Program-made: the position numbers and the translations under genes
Shown: positions 11,601 to 22,397 of the stretch, piece after piece
Position numbering within the stretch: the first letter of the stretch is position 1
Layout of the letters: each line of letters begins with the position of its first letter
Source: Lytechinus pictus
Taxonomy: Eukaryota
DNA length: 64,000 bases
Assembly: GCF_037042905.1 (NCBI RefSeq)
Contig: NC_087246.1
Location: 3,906,001-3,970,000 of the forward strand
Direction of reading: 5' to 3'
The notes under the pieces: model-generated
Database searches by the model: none
Told to the model about the DNA's origin: nothing
What the model saw: only the letters and a program-made list of their open reading frames with translations

Positions 11601-14600
11601 ACTATAGCATACTAACCTCTAACCCAGGGAGCTCTGGCCCGTTTATTATTATAATAATTATTTATGATCACATATTAAGTTCTGGTATTTGTTAAATAAT
11701 TTTTATCCGTGTAGCAACGTGTAGACCTGCAGTGTGATGCGGGGAGAAAATATGTTCTGATTTTACTCTACTAGCAGTCATAGCCGGTGTTGAGTTACCA
11801 GGTGTATAACCAACTCTAGGAATATACACGTGACCAGTGGAATCGACAAAAAGGTGGATTCTGAAGCGATTTGAATGTTGTAATTTTAACAAGCGATCAT
11901 GGTCGTTACACAGCGTTACGAACAAGTAGACTCAACGGATAATCCAGCCGTACCTATAGGGCTCGACTCGGGTAAACCAGAGGGTCTAGGTGAGAGGGCA
12001 CAACAAAAGGCAACCACTAAACCCCAAAGAATTGATGAAATTAATTCTATTGTGGAGGCTATTGAGCAAGCATTCAGTGACAAACGACTGGAAGAGCGAT
12101 TAGCTCCCGCTCTGCCTGTGCTAGCCCCTGCTTTGCATAGCTGTTTCATGATGGAGCTTCAGAAGAGAGACACCAAAATTCAGCAACTGGAATCAAAGTT
12201 ATTGAAAGCCGAAGCCCGTGTAGAAGACCTTGAACAGTATTCAAGAAGAAACTGCCTCGTCATACATGGAATCAAAGAGAATATCAACGAGGATACCGAC
12301 CAAATCATCAGCAAACTTGCTAAGGAGAAACTCAACGTCGACATCACCCCGGACAACATCGACCGATCACATCGACCCATCATTGCAAAGTTCACAACAT
12401 ATGGACCAAGATCGCTTATCTACGAGGCAAGATCAAAGCTCAAATCAACCAGCATCTACATCCATGAGAATCTGACTAGTGAAAGACAAAAGCTGCTGAG
12501 GAAGGTGAAAGAGAAGTACCCTACCCCGAACAAAATTTGGACTCAAGATGGAAAGATCAAAGTGAAAACGACATCAAACAACAAGATAGTAATATCATAT
12601 GAATCTGATTGGGAAAAACATAAACAGAGCACCTGAAAGTACATGTGAACACAATAGTTACTAGGAACGCTCAAATTGCCAGCACTATAAGAACATGAAG
12701 AATGTAAACAAACCGGCTTCTGCATTGTAAGTTTCGTAATCTACAACTCTTTTTAACTCTTGAACTACATGTAGTGTGTTTCCGCATTTCTATGTGTATT
12801 ACGTAACCTTATTTGTGTATGTGTTTAATAGTTATGAAGTGCAATGTATGTTTCAAAACACTAAGAAGGAATCAAGAGCATGTGTGTGATTGTGGTGACA
12901 AATGCCATAAAAGATGCTCTAATACAACCCACTTGCAAGATAAGTGGTCATGTTCTCAATGTATTGCAAATGAAATTATTTTATTCAGATTCTTGACGAA
13001 GCTGAATTTAAAGGTCAAGTCCACCCCAGGAAAATGCTTGAATAAATAGAGAAAAATCAAACTAGCATAGTGCTGAAAATTTCATCAAAATTGGATGTAA
13101 AATAAGAAAGTTATGACATTTTAAAGTTTCGCTTATTTTTCACAAAACAGCGATATGCACAACTAGGTGGGTCAGTCGATGATGTCCATCACTCACTTTT
13201 TCTTTTGTTTTTTATTGTTTGAATTATACAATATTTCATTTTTTATAGATTTGACAATAAGGAGCAACTTGACTGAAACATATAGTATTAAAGGTCAAGT
13301 CCACTCCAACAAAATGTTGATTTGAATCAATAGAGAAAAATCAGACAAGCACAATGCTGAAAATTTCATCAAAATCGGATGTAAAATAAGAAAGTTCTGA
13401 CATTTCAAAGTTTCGCCTATTTAAAAAAAAATAGTTATATGAACGAGCCAGTTACATCCAAATTAGAGAGTCGATGATGTCACTCACTCACTATTTCTTT
13501 TGTTTTTTATTGTTTGAATTATACAATATTTCAATTTTTACGAATTTGACGATTAGGACCTCCTTGCCTGAACCACAAAATGTTAGTATAATGGAATTCC
13601 ACGTATTCAGGGAGGAATGAAACTTCATTTCACATGACAATGACGAGAAAATCAAAATATTTCATAATTCATATAATAAAATACAAAAGAAATAGTGAGT
13701 GAGTGATGTCATCAGTTCCCTCATTTGCATACCGGCCGGGATGTGCATATAACTCTTTTGTGAAATGAAGCGAAACTTTAAAATGTCATAACTTTCTTAT
13801 TTTACATCCGATTTTGATGAAATTTTCAGTGTTATGCTTGTTGAATTTTTCTCTTTTTATTCGAATCAAGTTTTTGTTGGGGTGGACTTGTCCTTTAAAC
13901 AAAGCTAATGCCACATGTTCAGGGAGGAATTAATCATTAAATCACTTGCCAATGAGGAGAAAATTAGAGTATTTCATATTTGACATAATAAAATACAAAA
14001 GAAATAGTGAGTGGATGACGTCATAGTCTCCTCATTTGCATACCAGCCAGGATGTGCATATAACTGTTTTGTGAAATAAAGCGAAACTTTAAAGTGTCAT
14101 AACTTTCTTATTTTACATCCGATTTTGATGAAATTTTCAGTGTTATGCTTGTTGGATTTTTCTCTTTTTATTCAAATCAACTTCTTGTTGGGGTGGACTT
14201 GTCCTTTAAGATATCCATCGATGCGTTCTTTAATCACGACTGTAACATAAATATTATTCCAATGCTGTGTTCTATAGTTTTTAATGGTTTAAATGAAATT
14301 GATGACCATACACCCGATTTGTTTATACCTTCATCCAATTATTACTTCAGCGACACGTTTAAGAATAAATTAGATTCTTTTAACGCCTGCGATAACAACG
14401 TTCTTTCAATGTTCCATTTAAATTGTCGCAGTTTGGCCTCTAATTTCATGAGCCTACAGGATTATATTCATACTCTAAAACATAGATTCTCCATATATGC
14501 TTTTTCAGAAACATGGTTCAAAGATAATGTTCCATCAATGTACAACATGACAGGATATTCATTATTACACAAATCCAGAGGAAATAGAGTAGGCGGGGGA

Positions 14601-17600
14601 GTATGTTTATACGTTAAATCAAACTTGAATTTTAAACAATGGCTAGATATATCTTTTGGAAATAGTAGTATAGATTCATTATTTATAGAACTGCAGTTTA
14701 ATTCCCATAGAAATGTGATTGTGGGTGTGGTGTATAAGGCTCCAAATTCTGATTCAAAGTCTTTTAATGAACTTTTAGAAAAATGTTTATCAACTGTTTC
14801 CAATGAAGATAAGTATTGCTATATACTTGGTGATTTCAATTTTGATATTTTGCAACATTCCTCCCATTTACCAACGAGTGATTTTCTAAGTTCTACGTAC
14901 TCAAATGGTTTTCAGCCACTGATAACCAAACCAACACGTATCTCTAATTCATCTTGTACCTGTATCGATAATATATTTACAAATGTCTTAGACAAGTCAA
15001 TTCTTCCAGGAATACTCTATTGTGATATCTCAGACCATCTACCTGTATTTCAATTAACCGACTTTGTCACTTTACACACTAATCCTATCTCACATTCTTC
15101 TGTTAACCAATCAATCTTTTCAAGAGTAAACTTCGAAGATCAGTCAGTCGGCAAGCCCTGAAAAAGTAGCTTCTTTTATCCAAGTGATATTCATGACTAG
15201 AGGGTTTTTGCATTGTTGATGAGCTTGATGCGAACCTAAACACCTCTTTTTATTCGGCAATTGAATTACATTATAAAGATTTCAAAAAGAAAACAGTCAC
15301 TATGCACAACTTCTGGAAAAGAACAAGTTGAACCTTTCCAAAACTTGGCAAACTATCAATGACATACTTGGGAGAAAAAGAAAACACAAGTTACCAAGCT
15401 TTATTTTAAAAGATAATAAGAAAATATATGATGAAAAGGAAATAGCAAATGCATTTAATTCATATTTCACCAATATTGGTACCTCCCTTGCTAATGATGT
15501 TCAATCAACCACAAAACATTTTTCTGACTATCTAGATCCACGGGTTTCTAAATCCTTGTTTTTTACGACAACCACTGAATACGAAATAATACAGATTGTT
15601 AAAAAATTGAAAATCAGTTCTTTGTGTGGTCATGATAATATAAGTACGAAATTTGTGAAAAAAAAAATATATTGTATATCCCAACCCCTTGAATACATTT
15701 GTAACTTGTCAATGTGTACAGGCATCGTTCCAGATAGTCTTAAAATAGCTAAAATAATTCCAATATTTAAAAAGAATGATTCTTATTTAATCCAAAATTA
15801 CCGGCCAATATCTCTATTACCAACTTTTTCGAAAATTTTAGAATGCATTATATTTAAAAGGCTTTATAGTCACTTAACCGAAAATAATATTCTTAGCAAG
15901 TATCAGTTTGGATTCAGACCCAACCATTTCTACTGAACTCACTTCATGCAATAAAACATATTACATCGTGTTTAGATAAGAGAGTTTATGTTAGGGATAT
16001 ATATCGATCTAAGTAAGGCATTTGACACTTTAAATCATAAAATCATGTATGGCGTGCGGGGAATACCGCACGACTGGTTTGTTAATTATTTTTCTAATCG
16101 AAAAACAGTTTACAAGCTTTAAAGGAGTTAAATCTGAAACCATGCCTGTGACCTGTGGAATTGCACAAGGAAGCATAATTGGTCCCTTGCTCTTCCTAAA
16201 TATATGTAAATGATACATTAATACTTCAAAAATATTACATTTCATTCTATATGCAGATGAAACTAACATATTTATTTCAATTTCTGATAAAACACAACTT
16301 CAAAATTATGCAAACACTGAATTAAAAAAGGTTTCTACTTGGTTCAAAGCAAATAAACTTTTTCTTAACACTGATAAGACCAAATACATGTTTTTTCTGT
16401 ACTAATCACAGTTATCGATCTCAGTTAAATTTTTCAATAAAACTAGACAATGATGCAATAGACAGGGTAAATACTATAAACTTTTTAGGCGTACAGATAG
16501 ATGACAAGCTCTCTTGGGTTAACCATATAGATAACATCCATGGAAAAGTTAGTATGTGCATTGGTATGTTATCTAAATTACATAATATGCTTCCACTTAA
16601 AGGTCAAGTCCACCTCGGAAAAATGTTGATTTGAATCAATAGACAAAAATCAAACAAGCACAATGCTGAAAATTTCATCAAAATCGGATGTAAAATAAGA
16701 AAGTTATGACATTTCAAAGTTTCGCTTATTTTTCACAAAATAGTTATATGAACGAGTCAGTTACATCCAAATGAGAGAGTTGATGATGTCACTGACTCAC
16801 TACATGTATTTCTTGTTTTTTATTGTTTGAATTATACAATATTTCAATTTTTACGAATTTGACAATTAGGACCTCCTTGCCCTGAACCACAAAATGTTAA
16901 AATAATGGAATTCCACGTGTTCAGGGAGAAATGAAACTTCAATTCACATGACAGCGACGAGAAAATCAAAATATTTCATATAATGAAATACAAAAGAAAT
17001 AGTGAGTGATGTCATCAGTTCCCTCATTTGCATACCGACCGAGATGTGCATATAACTGTTTTGTGAAATGAAGCAAAACTTTAAAATTTCAAAACTTTCT
17101 TATTTTACATCCGATTTTGATGAAATTTTCAGTGTTATGCTTGTTGGATTTTTTTTAAATTCAAATCAAGTATTTGTTGGGGTGGACTTGTCCTTTAAAA
17201 CCCTCTTTGTATAATGCCATTGTCTTGCCCAATTTGGATTATTGCAGTCTTGTCTGGGGAGGAGCCAGCTCATGTCATTTAAGCAGATTGATTGTACTTC
17301 AAAAGAAAGCAATTCGTCTATGTTCTAACACGCATTATCTTGCCCATACTCCACCTCTATTTAAAAAATTCAACACTGCCAATTTGACTGATACTATAAA
17401 AATAAAGGCAGCACTCTTTATGTTTCGATATATGAATAACATGTTACCAGCTATATTAAATGAATATTTTCTTACAGTTGATAAAAACATTGTTAATACA
17501 AGACAGAGAAAGAATATATTTGTGCCATATTCACACTTAAAACTACTACAGACGAACTCTATTAAACACAAAGGGGCTCAATTTTGGAATAGTCTTGACC

Positions 17601-19304
17601 CACTACTTAAAAGAATGACCACCGTTACCTCATTTAAAGCTAAAATTAAACAGCCTCTTCTTGCCACTTACAAGTGATTCCTTTAAATTGAACCAAAACT
17701 AAACAAACAGTTATATGATATATTTTGTTTTGTCATGTATTGTAAATATTGTAACTTGTTTCATGTATTATTTCAATTGCTATTTCCTATGAATTTTATT
17801 CCTACTGTAATTTATTTGCTGTATTTGTGTCACTGTTACATGTATTTATCTGTCATAGATCCCCCTGCTTTTCAAGCCTCTGGCTTTCCTAGGGTGTTTG
17901 ATCCTCACATTTTACAATGTATATATCTACTCATGTGATTTTTACCTAATAAATAAATTGAATTGAATCTATAAATTGTTCTTCAAAACGGCATTTTGTA
18001 ACATAGCTAATCGAAGGTACGTTATAACGAAGCGGTTCAAGGGTCAGACCTGTGGGCCAGTCAAATATATTGCTGTACACACGCGTGAACAAAAAAACGT
18101 GTTTAAGGTGTATTTTTCAGTTTTGGACGAGGGCCGCGCGTGCACTCGTTTGAGGGTATCAAAAACACAGATTTTCAAGAAAAAGGGTGGTTTTGAAAGA
18201 CTGGTCAATGGTCAATCGCGGGGTCAAATGTTTTTTCCCCAAAACTTTTTTTTTTAAGACTAGCCAAATGTGTTTAGGGTATGTTTTTTTCCCAAGCTTT
18301 TTCCCCGTGGTCATATTTTGGCGACAACTTGTTTAGGGGGTTATTTTGCACACAGAGAAAAAGTCGTTTAGGGGGTGTTTGGAAATTCCTTGGTCACGCG
18401 TGTGTATGGCAAGTTCCCCCAAGTCTGCGCAGTCCCCCTTGTCTGCGCACACGCGTATCTGCACGATTCCAGTAAAAGAAGATATGCAACGAGCACGAAC
18501 TTTACACATGCAATACATAGACAGGTATTCATTAAAAAATCTGACTCAAAATGGTGGAAAAATAATGAATTTAGGCCTTTTTTTTTATTAGGGCATTTTA
18601 TGTGACGGTCTCAAAATGCAGCCTTTCTCATCAAAATCCCCGAATCGTGTGCAAAGTGAATGAGTGCGCAGACATGGGGTAATATTTTTTTGCAATCTGA
18701 AAATGACTGACCAAGGTTTTTCTCAAGAAAATCCTATATTTTCTTTCATTTTTTAATGAGAAATTTGGTACACTTACTCTTGATAATATAAGGAACATTA
18801 TTAACTGAAAGATTTTGTAAAATAAGAAGAAATTCATGTTAAATCTTAACTCAAAGACTTGGGGCCCACCATCATTCAACAATATATTTAACTGCCCCCC
18901 CCCCCCCCCCCCCCCCGGACCTTCTTAAAAGATGGATTTCCTAGGCTAGGGAAATCCATCTTTGTTTACAACTACAAGTGTCTCTTTACATATATGACAG
19001 GCGGTTCAAGGCTCAAAGATGAAGAAGTATATGTCAAAATGTTAAAAAATATCATCATGGTCCATGATGATATTTTTTAACATTTTGACATATGGAGTCC
19101 TCAACTTAGGCTACCTCCCCCAAGTTAATCTACAGTCCCACCTATTCGATTCTGGGCAGTCTCTGGCCACTAGACAGTAATTACCTCTCGATCTTTGAAG
19201 TGAATAGCTTTCAGAACCATGGCCACATTCCTTGCATTATCTACTCTCAATGATAGCACATGCTGCCCGTCTTCTTCACTTTGTTGGGTTGATATTAAGG
19301 ACAT
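2673..19304 (-). CDS. RAD1: Cell-cycle checkpoint protein RAD1 (9-1-1 clamp subunit), 8 coding exons, 283 aa
   Basis: Exons (minus): 19304-19185, 11163-11008, 9643-9549, 8960-8849, 8443-8321, 5557-5493, 4568-4424, 2708-2673. All GT-AG with consistent phases, 852 nt total. Translation MSLISTQQSEEDGQHVLSLRVDNARNVAMVLKAIHFKDRE-LATFCASENGLKVTVEDAKCVQANAFIQ...LDFNFCSANVVNKII...ELDMTSEVIEILLSPDKPFFRLSTFG...KVSIRTDNRGFLSLQYMIRNEDGQISFVEYY-CAPDEEYDEDG* is collinear with known RAD1 proteins. Confidence 0.96.
3687..3891. mobile_element. Kolobok-type MITE, internally deleted copy
   Basis: CTAA-AGGACAAGTCCACCCC ... GGGGTGGACTTGACCT-TTAA; keeps only the left tip and the right ~170 bp. Confidence 0.78.
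4175..4354. mobile_element. Short inverted Penelope-like retroelement fragment with hammerhead-like cores, flanked by a 14-bp TSD
   Basis: Direct repeat TTGAGTCTTTTTTA at 4161-4174 and 4355-4368; ~60-bp inverted arms centred at 4233-4234. Each arm reads gcct-CC(G/A)ACGA-agattct gct aggatc-GAAA-GCTT-aggc. The family assignment is inference. Confidence 0.6.
4600..4907. mobile_element. Helentron/DINE-like (HINE) non-autonomous element end
   Basis: Two ~140-bp core repeats starting AATTC(C/T)GTGTAGAAGTTT (4602, 4741), a GGAC/GACG short repeat, then terminal stem-loop TTAGCTCATCTGGCC-CTTCG-GGCCGGATGAGCTAA (4867-4901) and an A-run. Confidence 0.55.
5957..6189. mobile_element. Small element with 74-bp diverged inverted arms, each carrying a hammerhead-like core
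   Basis: Left arm 5957-6030 is a diverged reverse complement of right arm 6116-6189. Right arm: CTGATGA(6124-6130)-agccaa..ttggt-GAAA(6148-6151). Left arm on the minus strand: CTCATGA-agcca..ttggt-GAAA. Confidence 0.55.
6584..7123. mobile_element. Kolobok-type MITE, older diverged copy
   Basis: TTAA 6580-6583 / 7124-7127; termini AGGTCAAGTCCATCC / GGGGTGGACTTGCCCT. Confidence 0.82.
7293..8171. mobile_element. Non-autonomous hAT-like DNA transposon
   Basis: TIRs TAGGGCTGTTATC / GATAACAGCCCTA; 8-bp TSD ATGAATGC (7285-7292) / ATGCATGC (8172-8179), 7/8 identical. Confidence 0.75.
11899..12636 (+). CDS. LINE ORF1 protein (coiled coil + RRM/CTD, L1/CR1-type ORF1p)
   Basis: 245-aa ORF with a heptad coiled coil (IQQLESKLLKAEARVEDLEQYSRRNCLVIHGIKE) and the motifs IDRSHR, IIAKF, IYIHENLT, WTQDGKI typical of LINE ORF1p. 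Confidence 0.8.
   Translation: MVVTQRYEQVDSTDNPAVPIGLDSGKPEGLGERAQQKATTKPQRIDEINSIVEAIEQAFSDKRLEERLAPALPVLAPALHSCFMMELQKRDTKIQQLESKLLKAEARVEDLEQYSRRNCLVIHGIKENINEDTDQIISKLAKEKLNVDITPDNIDRSHRPIIAKFTTYGPRSLIYEARSKLKSTSIYIHENLTSERQKLLRKVKEKYPTPNKIWTQDGKIKVKTTSNNKIVISYESDWEKHKQST
13012..14205. mobile_element. Kolobok-type (TTAA-AGG...CCT-TTAA) MITE, outer copy, containing a nested copy
   Basis: TTAA at 13008-13011 and 14206-14209; termini AGGTCAAGTCCACCCCA / TGGGGTGGACTTGTCCT; long imperfect TIRs. Confidence 0.88.
13292..13894. mobile_element. Kolobok-type MITE, inner copy nested in the same family
   Basis: TTAA at 13288-13291 and 13895-13898; same TIRs; 603 bp. Confidence 0.9.
16601..17194. 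mobile_element. Kolobok-type MITE inserted in LINE ORF2
   Basis: TTAA at 16597-16600 and 17195-17198; highly similar to 13292-13894. Confidence 0.9.
18049..18918. mobile_element. Related CCCGGG-type MITE whose right TIR is split by a ~470-bp second insertion
   Basis: Left CAGTCAAATATATTGCTGTACACACGCGTGA; right TIR split into TGGTCACGCGTGTGTA (~18391-18406) and CAACAATATATTTAACTG(C)nGG (~18877-18918). The inner element has CCCCAAGTC / GACTTGGGG subtermini. A fragment of the same family lies at ~20553-20660. Confidence 0.55.
19029..19093. repeat. Perfect 32-bp-arm palindrome (1-nt spacer) in RAD1 intron 1
   Basis: ATATGTCAAAATGTTAAAAAATATCATCATGG-T-CCATGATGATATTTTTTAACATTTTGACATAT. Confidence 0.95.
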
Positions 19305-20789
19305 TGCCAATCATATGCTGGAAGTATTAAGTGCAGGCCGAATCAATACTGTAAGTCTGTTATCTTTTGCAAAAATCAAGTTTACCGCGGGTCTGCTGCC
19401 CTCTTGTGCTTATATTGCATGATTTTTTTTTCACCGATTCAGAGAGCTCAGCTCCGAGTCCGCTGCCGATACCAAAAAAAATATTATTTTACTTTATCTA
19501 AGACTATTTTTATATTTATATAAAGTTGCCAAAGCAAACAAGCAAAAATAAATAAGTGAATAAATAATTACACCTATGACTGCATGACACTTACCAAATC
19601 ATCAATGTCGTTGAATTAATTTTGGTTAGGATAGGTCTGCAGATTCAATTTCACTGAGTTGGACATATTTTCTACGTCGCATATCAATCACACCTGTAAT
19701 ATGATCAAATTTTCAGGATAGGCAGTTAACTTCCCCCCCCCCCCAAAAAAAATCCTTTTAGTAAGTTTTATTTCCACTTTTATTGAAGCAATAAATTGAT
19801 TTTATTTCTTAACATATGCCATAAACATATTGTCCCTAAGCATATTCTTTCAGCACAGGGCCATCAACCCCATCAACCAGTCAGATAAACAGTAGACGTG
19901 TTGATATTGAACGTTCATGCCAAATCGCTTGTTTTCCCCCTTTTTTTCTCTCTGGAATGGCATGGGCCTTACCAAAGTTGCCTATTATTTCAAACAACCT
20001 TCTATTTTAGACTCGGTTTTAAGACCCTATAACTACCGAACTACTGAGTGAGTCAGAATAAAATTTTATACCTTTAAAAGTCCTTTATCGTAAACACATA
20101 GGCCCTATATATGCCAGGAAAGAGTATTTCTTCCTAAATATTTTGAAACGTTTTTATGTGATACATGCTTACACCTGGATAGACGGTCAGGAAGTATTTT
20201 GACGTGGGGTAAAATTTGATCTGTGGCAAAGTGAAAGCAATGAATGAATATAAAGTGTCAAGCTATAATCATATAAGAGATAAGAAAAAAATAGTTTGAA
20301 ATTATCTTTTTCCCCCTTTTCACTGTTTAATTTTAACAAACACTTTTGGCATCTCTCTCTATACTTATGTCATCTTATTATTTTGCAAAAAGTTTACTTA
20401 ACTCGTGCACGATTATCACATCAGATTCTGGATTCATTCATTTCATTCATGCTATACCTCGGCACAAATCAAATTTCACATCACAGCGAAGAAAATTATC
20501 CCAACATAATCATTTACCGCATAAAAGAAATCAAATTTTCAGAGGGAAGATCTGGGAGGGGGCGGGCAGTCAAATGTGTTGCTGTACACATGCGTGACCA
20601 AATTATTTTCAAACACCTCCTATAACAAGTTTTTCTTGGTGGGCATGGGACCCTAAACTTTATCCTGATCTTATTTAATGTTTATGAACATCTATTTTTT
20701 CCCTCAATGCAGAGGTCAGAGGGTAGTCCGTACGTAGCTGTAGAAAAAGAAAACAAAAAAAATTGTTGTTTAGTATCGACATAACGATG

Positions 20790-21150
20790 ATTAGACCAAA
20801 TGGTAATTAGACCAGGGGCCTGCAATATAAAAGAAAAACACAATCAATCTCAAACATGATTGACATCAATCATAAATCTATGGTAAACCATGTACTAAAT
20901 TCTAAGAGTTACAATTTGATTGTATCTCTTCATATAACAGGCACCTAAGGGATATTAGACCAAATGACAATTAAACCAAGGACTTATTAGACTAAATGAT
21001 GGTAGACCAAATGAGGTTAAACTGGGCAATGGATCAAAATCAATGTGTACACCACATCGGTATAAGACAAATTTGATTTTAAACCATTTGATGGTTTGAC
21101 AAAATGGCAATTAGACCAAATGATTAACACCAAATGGTTATTAGACGAGA
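20790..21150. repeat. Degenerate TAGACCAAATG minisatellite-type repeat; a second array of the family at ~43080-43495
   Basis: Recurrent (T)TAGACCAAATG units at ~17-20-bp spacing. The 43-kb copy has TTGGTCTA units followed by inverted TAGACCAA units. Confidence 0.6.
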
Positions 21151-21820
21151 TTCCATGTAGGCAATATCTAAAAACAAAATGATAACACCAAAGACCCCCA
21201 CCCATCAATGCCAATAAAGGATGAACAAAAAAATGGAATTTTATATGAAAGTGAAATTTTATTAGGAATGTTCACATTGATTATTTTACATTGAAATAAA
21301 AGTAAAAGCCTTCAATAAACTATTTTAAAAATAACAATTGCAATTCAGTAGCTCAGAAACCACTAATTCCCATTGTGTAAATACATTTACACACAAACAG
21401 TGCTATAAATTTTGAATACTTATTGTATTCAATACAATTACATAGAACATGACAATTAAAAACATAGTGTAAAAAACAAAATCAACAGAAGTCACCATAT
21501 TCATATTTATATACTATACTGACATCCCAAAATATACAAAGACAATCTCAATATGAACCTCACATAAATTATGAATGAAATGTATTGACTCGCCTGGAGC
21601 TTTCGATTTCTGAGTGTTTTCTTTTTTATTCCTAAGACTTTTGATTCATGTCCACTTGACTGAATTCCAACAGACTGAATGCAATAAGTACATGTAAGCA
21701 CATATTCATGTCTGCTCCAGTGTCATGCCGTTACAGTATCATATCTTGTTTGATTGAATTGCTGTTTAGCTTTGGTTGGTGTATAATCTCTGATACTCTT
21801 GAGAAAGGAAGTAATCAGAG

Positions 21821-22397
21821 CCCGGGGGGGGGGGGGGGGGGGGGGGGCCACTTACATTGACGAGTGGATACCATGCGCGACCAAAAAAAACACGTAAAAA
21901 GGATGTCTTTTTTAATGATAGGGCACGTTAAGTACGTAACGTGATAAGGGTGTCAAAAACACAAAAATAATGAAAAAAGGGTATCTATTTCGCTAGGAAA
22001 GCTACGTGTTTAGGGTCAAATTTGCGGGGATGCTAAAAATATTTGAATGTTTTATAAAGGATGTCTTTTGTGCCCCAACATTACGTGTTTAGAGTCTGAT
22101 TTGCACGAGGTGTGGAAGGTGGGGCCGTACTAAACCAAATGGTGTGTAAAGGTAAACCGATGACCGACGGACCCGTGACATAATAAAATATCGCTGTACT
22201 TTTTTAGGGGTTCATTTCAGGGAATACTTGCCAAGAGTATCGTTTTGTTTCCAATGCTTGTTAAGGGTAGGGTTTCAGACGCCAATACTCGTTAAGGGGT
22301 GCATTTTCAGAATATGGAAAATACGTGTTTAGGGTGCTTTTCGAGACCCCATGGTCGCGCATTGTATCCACTCGTCAATGGAAGTGGCCCCCCCGGG
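21821..22397. mobile_element. MITE with CCCGGG(G)n termini and 8-bp TSD
   Basis: TIR CCCG(G)nCCACTTACATTGACGAGTGGATACCATGCGCGACCA / TGGTCGCGCATTGTATCCACTCGTCAATGGAAGTGG(C)nGGG; perfect TSD AATCAGAG at 21813-21820 and 22398-22405. Confidence 0.88.

Larger units (their letters stand above)
12834..17677 (+). pseudogene. Disrupted LINE ORF2 (PHD-like finger - APE endonuclease - reverse transcriptase)
   Basis: ORF-track fragments 12813-13049, 14145-15161, 15328-15936, 17174-17677 plus RT motifs in between. Removing the MITE at 13012-14205 and one TTAA restores ...DEAEF-KISIDAFFNHD. Confidence 0.88.
11899..17968 (+). mobile_element. Decayed non-LTR retrotransposon (LINE, CR1/L2-like clade) in RAD1 intron 1, antisense to RAD1
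   Basis: ORF1 11899-12636; PHD-like Cys/His segment at ~12834-12965; APE endonuclease (HLNCRSL, FSETW, GGGVCLYV, LGDFN, CIDNIF, SDHLPV) ~14400-15050; RT (YRPISLLPTFSKILE, QFGFRP, DLSKAFD, AQGSIIGP, LYADE) ~15800-16270; C-terminal part 17199-17677; 3' end AATAAATAAATTGAATTGAAT. Multiple frameshifts and three MITE insertions. The 5' boundary lies upstream of ORF1 and is not defined. Confidence 0.92.

Noticed and set aside
14145-14209. Start of the 338-aa ORF (MLVGFFSFYSNQLLVGVDLS)
   Set aside because: Derived from the MITE right TIR read in frame with the LINE endonuclease; not a real N-terminus. The same applies to ORF 17174.
13008-14209. piggyBac assignment for the TTAA-flanked MITEs
   Set aside because: Termini are AGG...CCT, not the CCC/CYY...GGG of piggyBac; Kolobok-type fits better.
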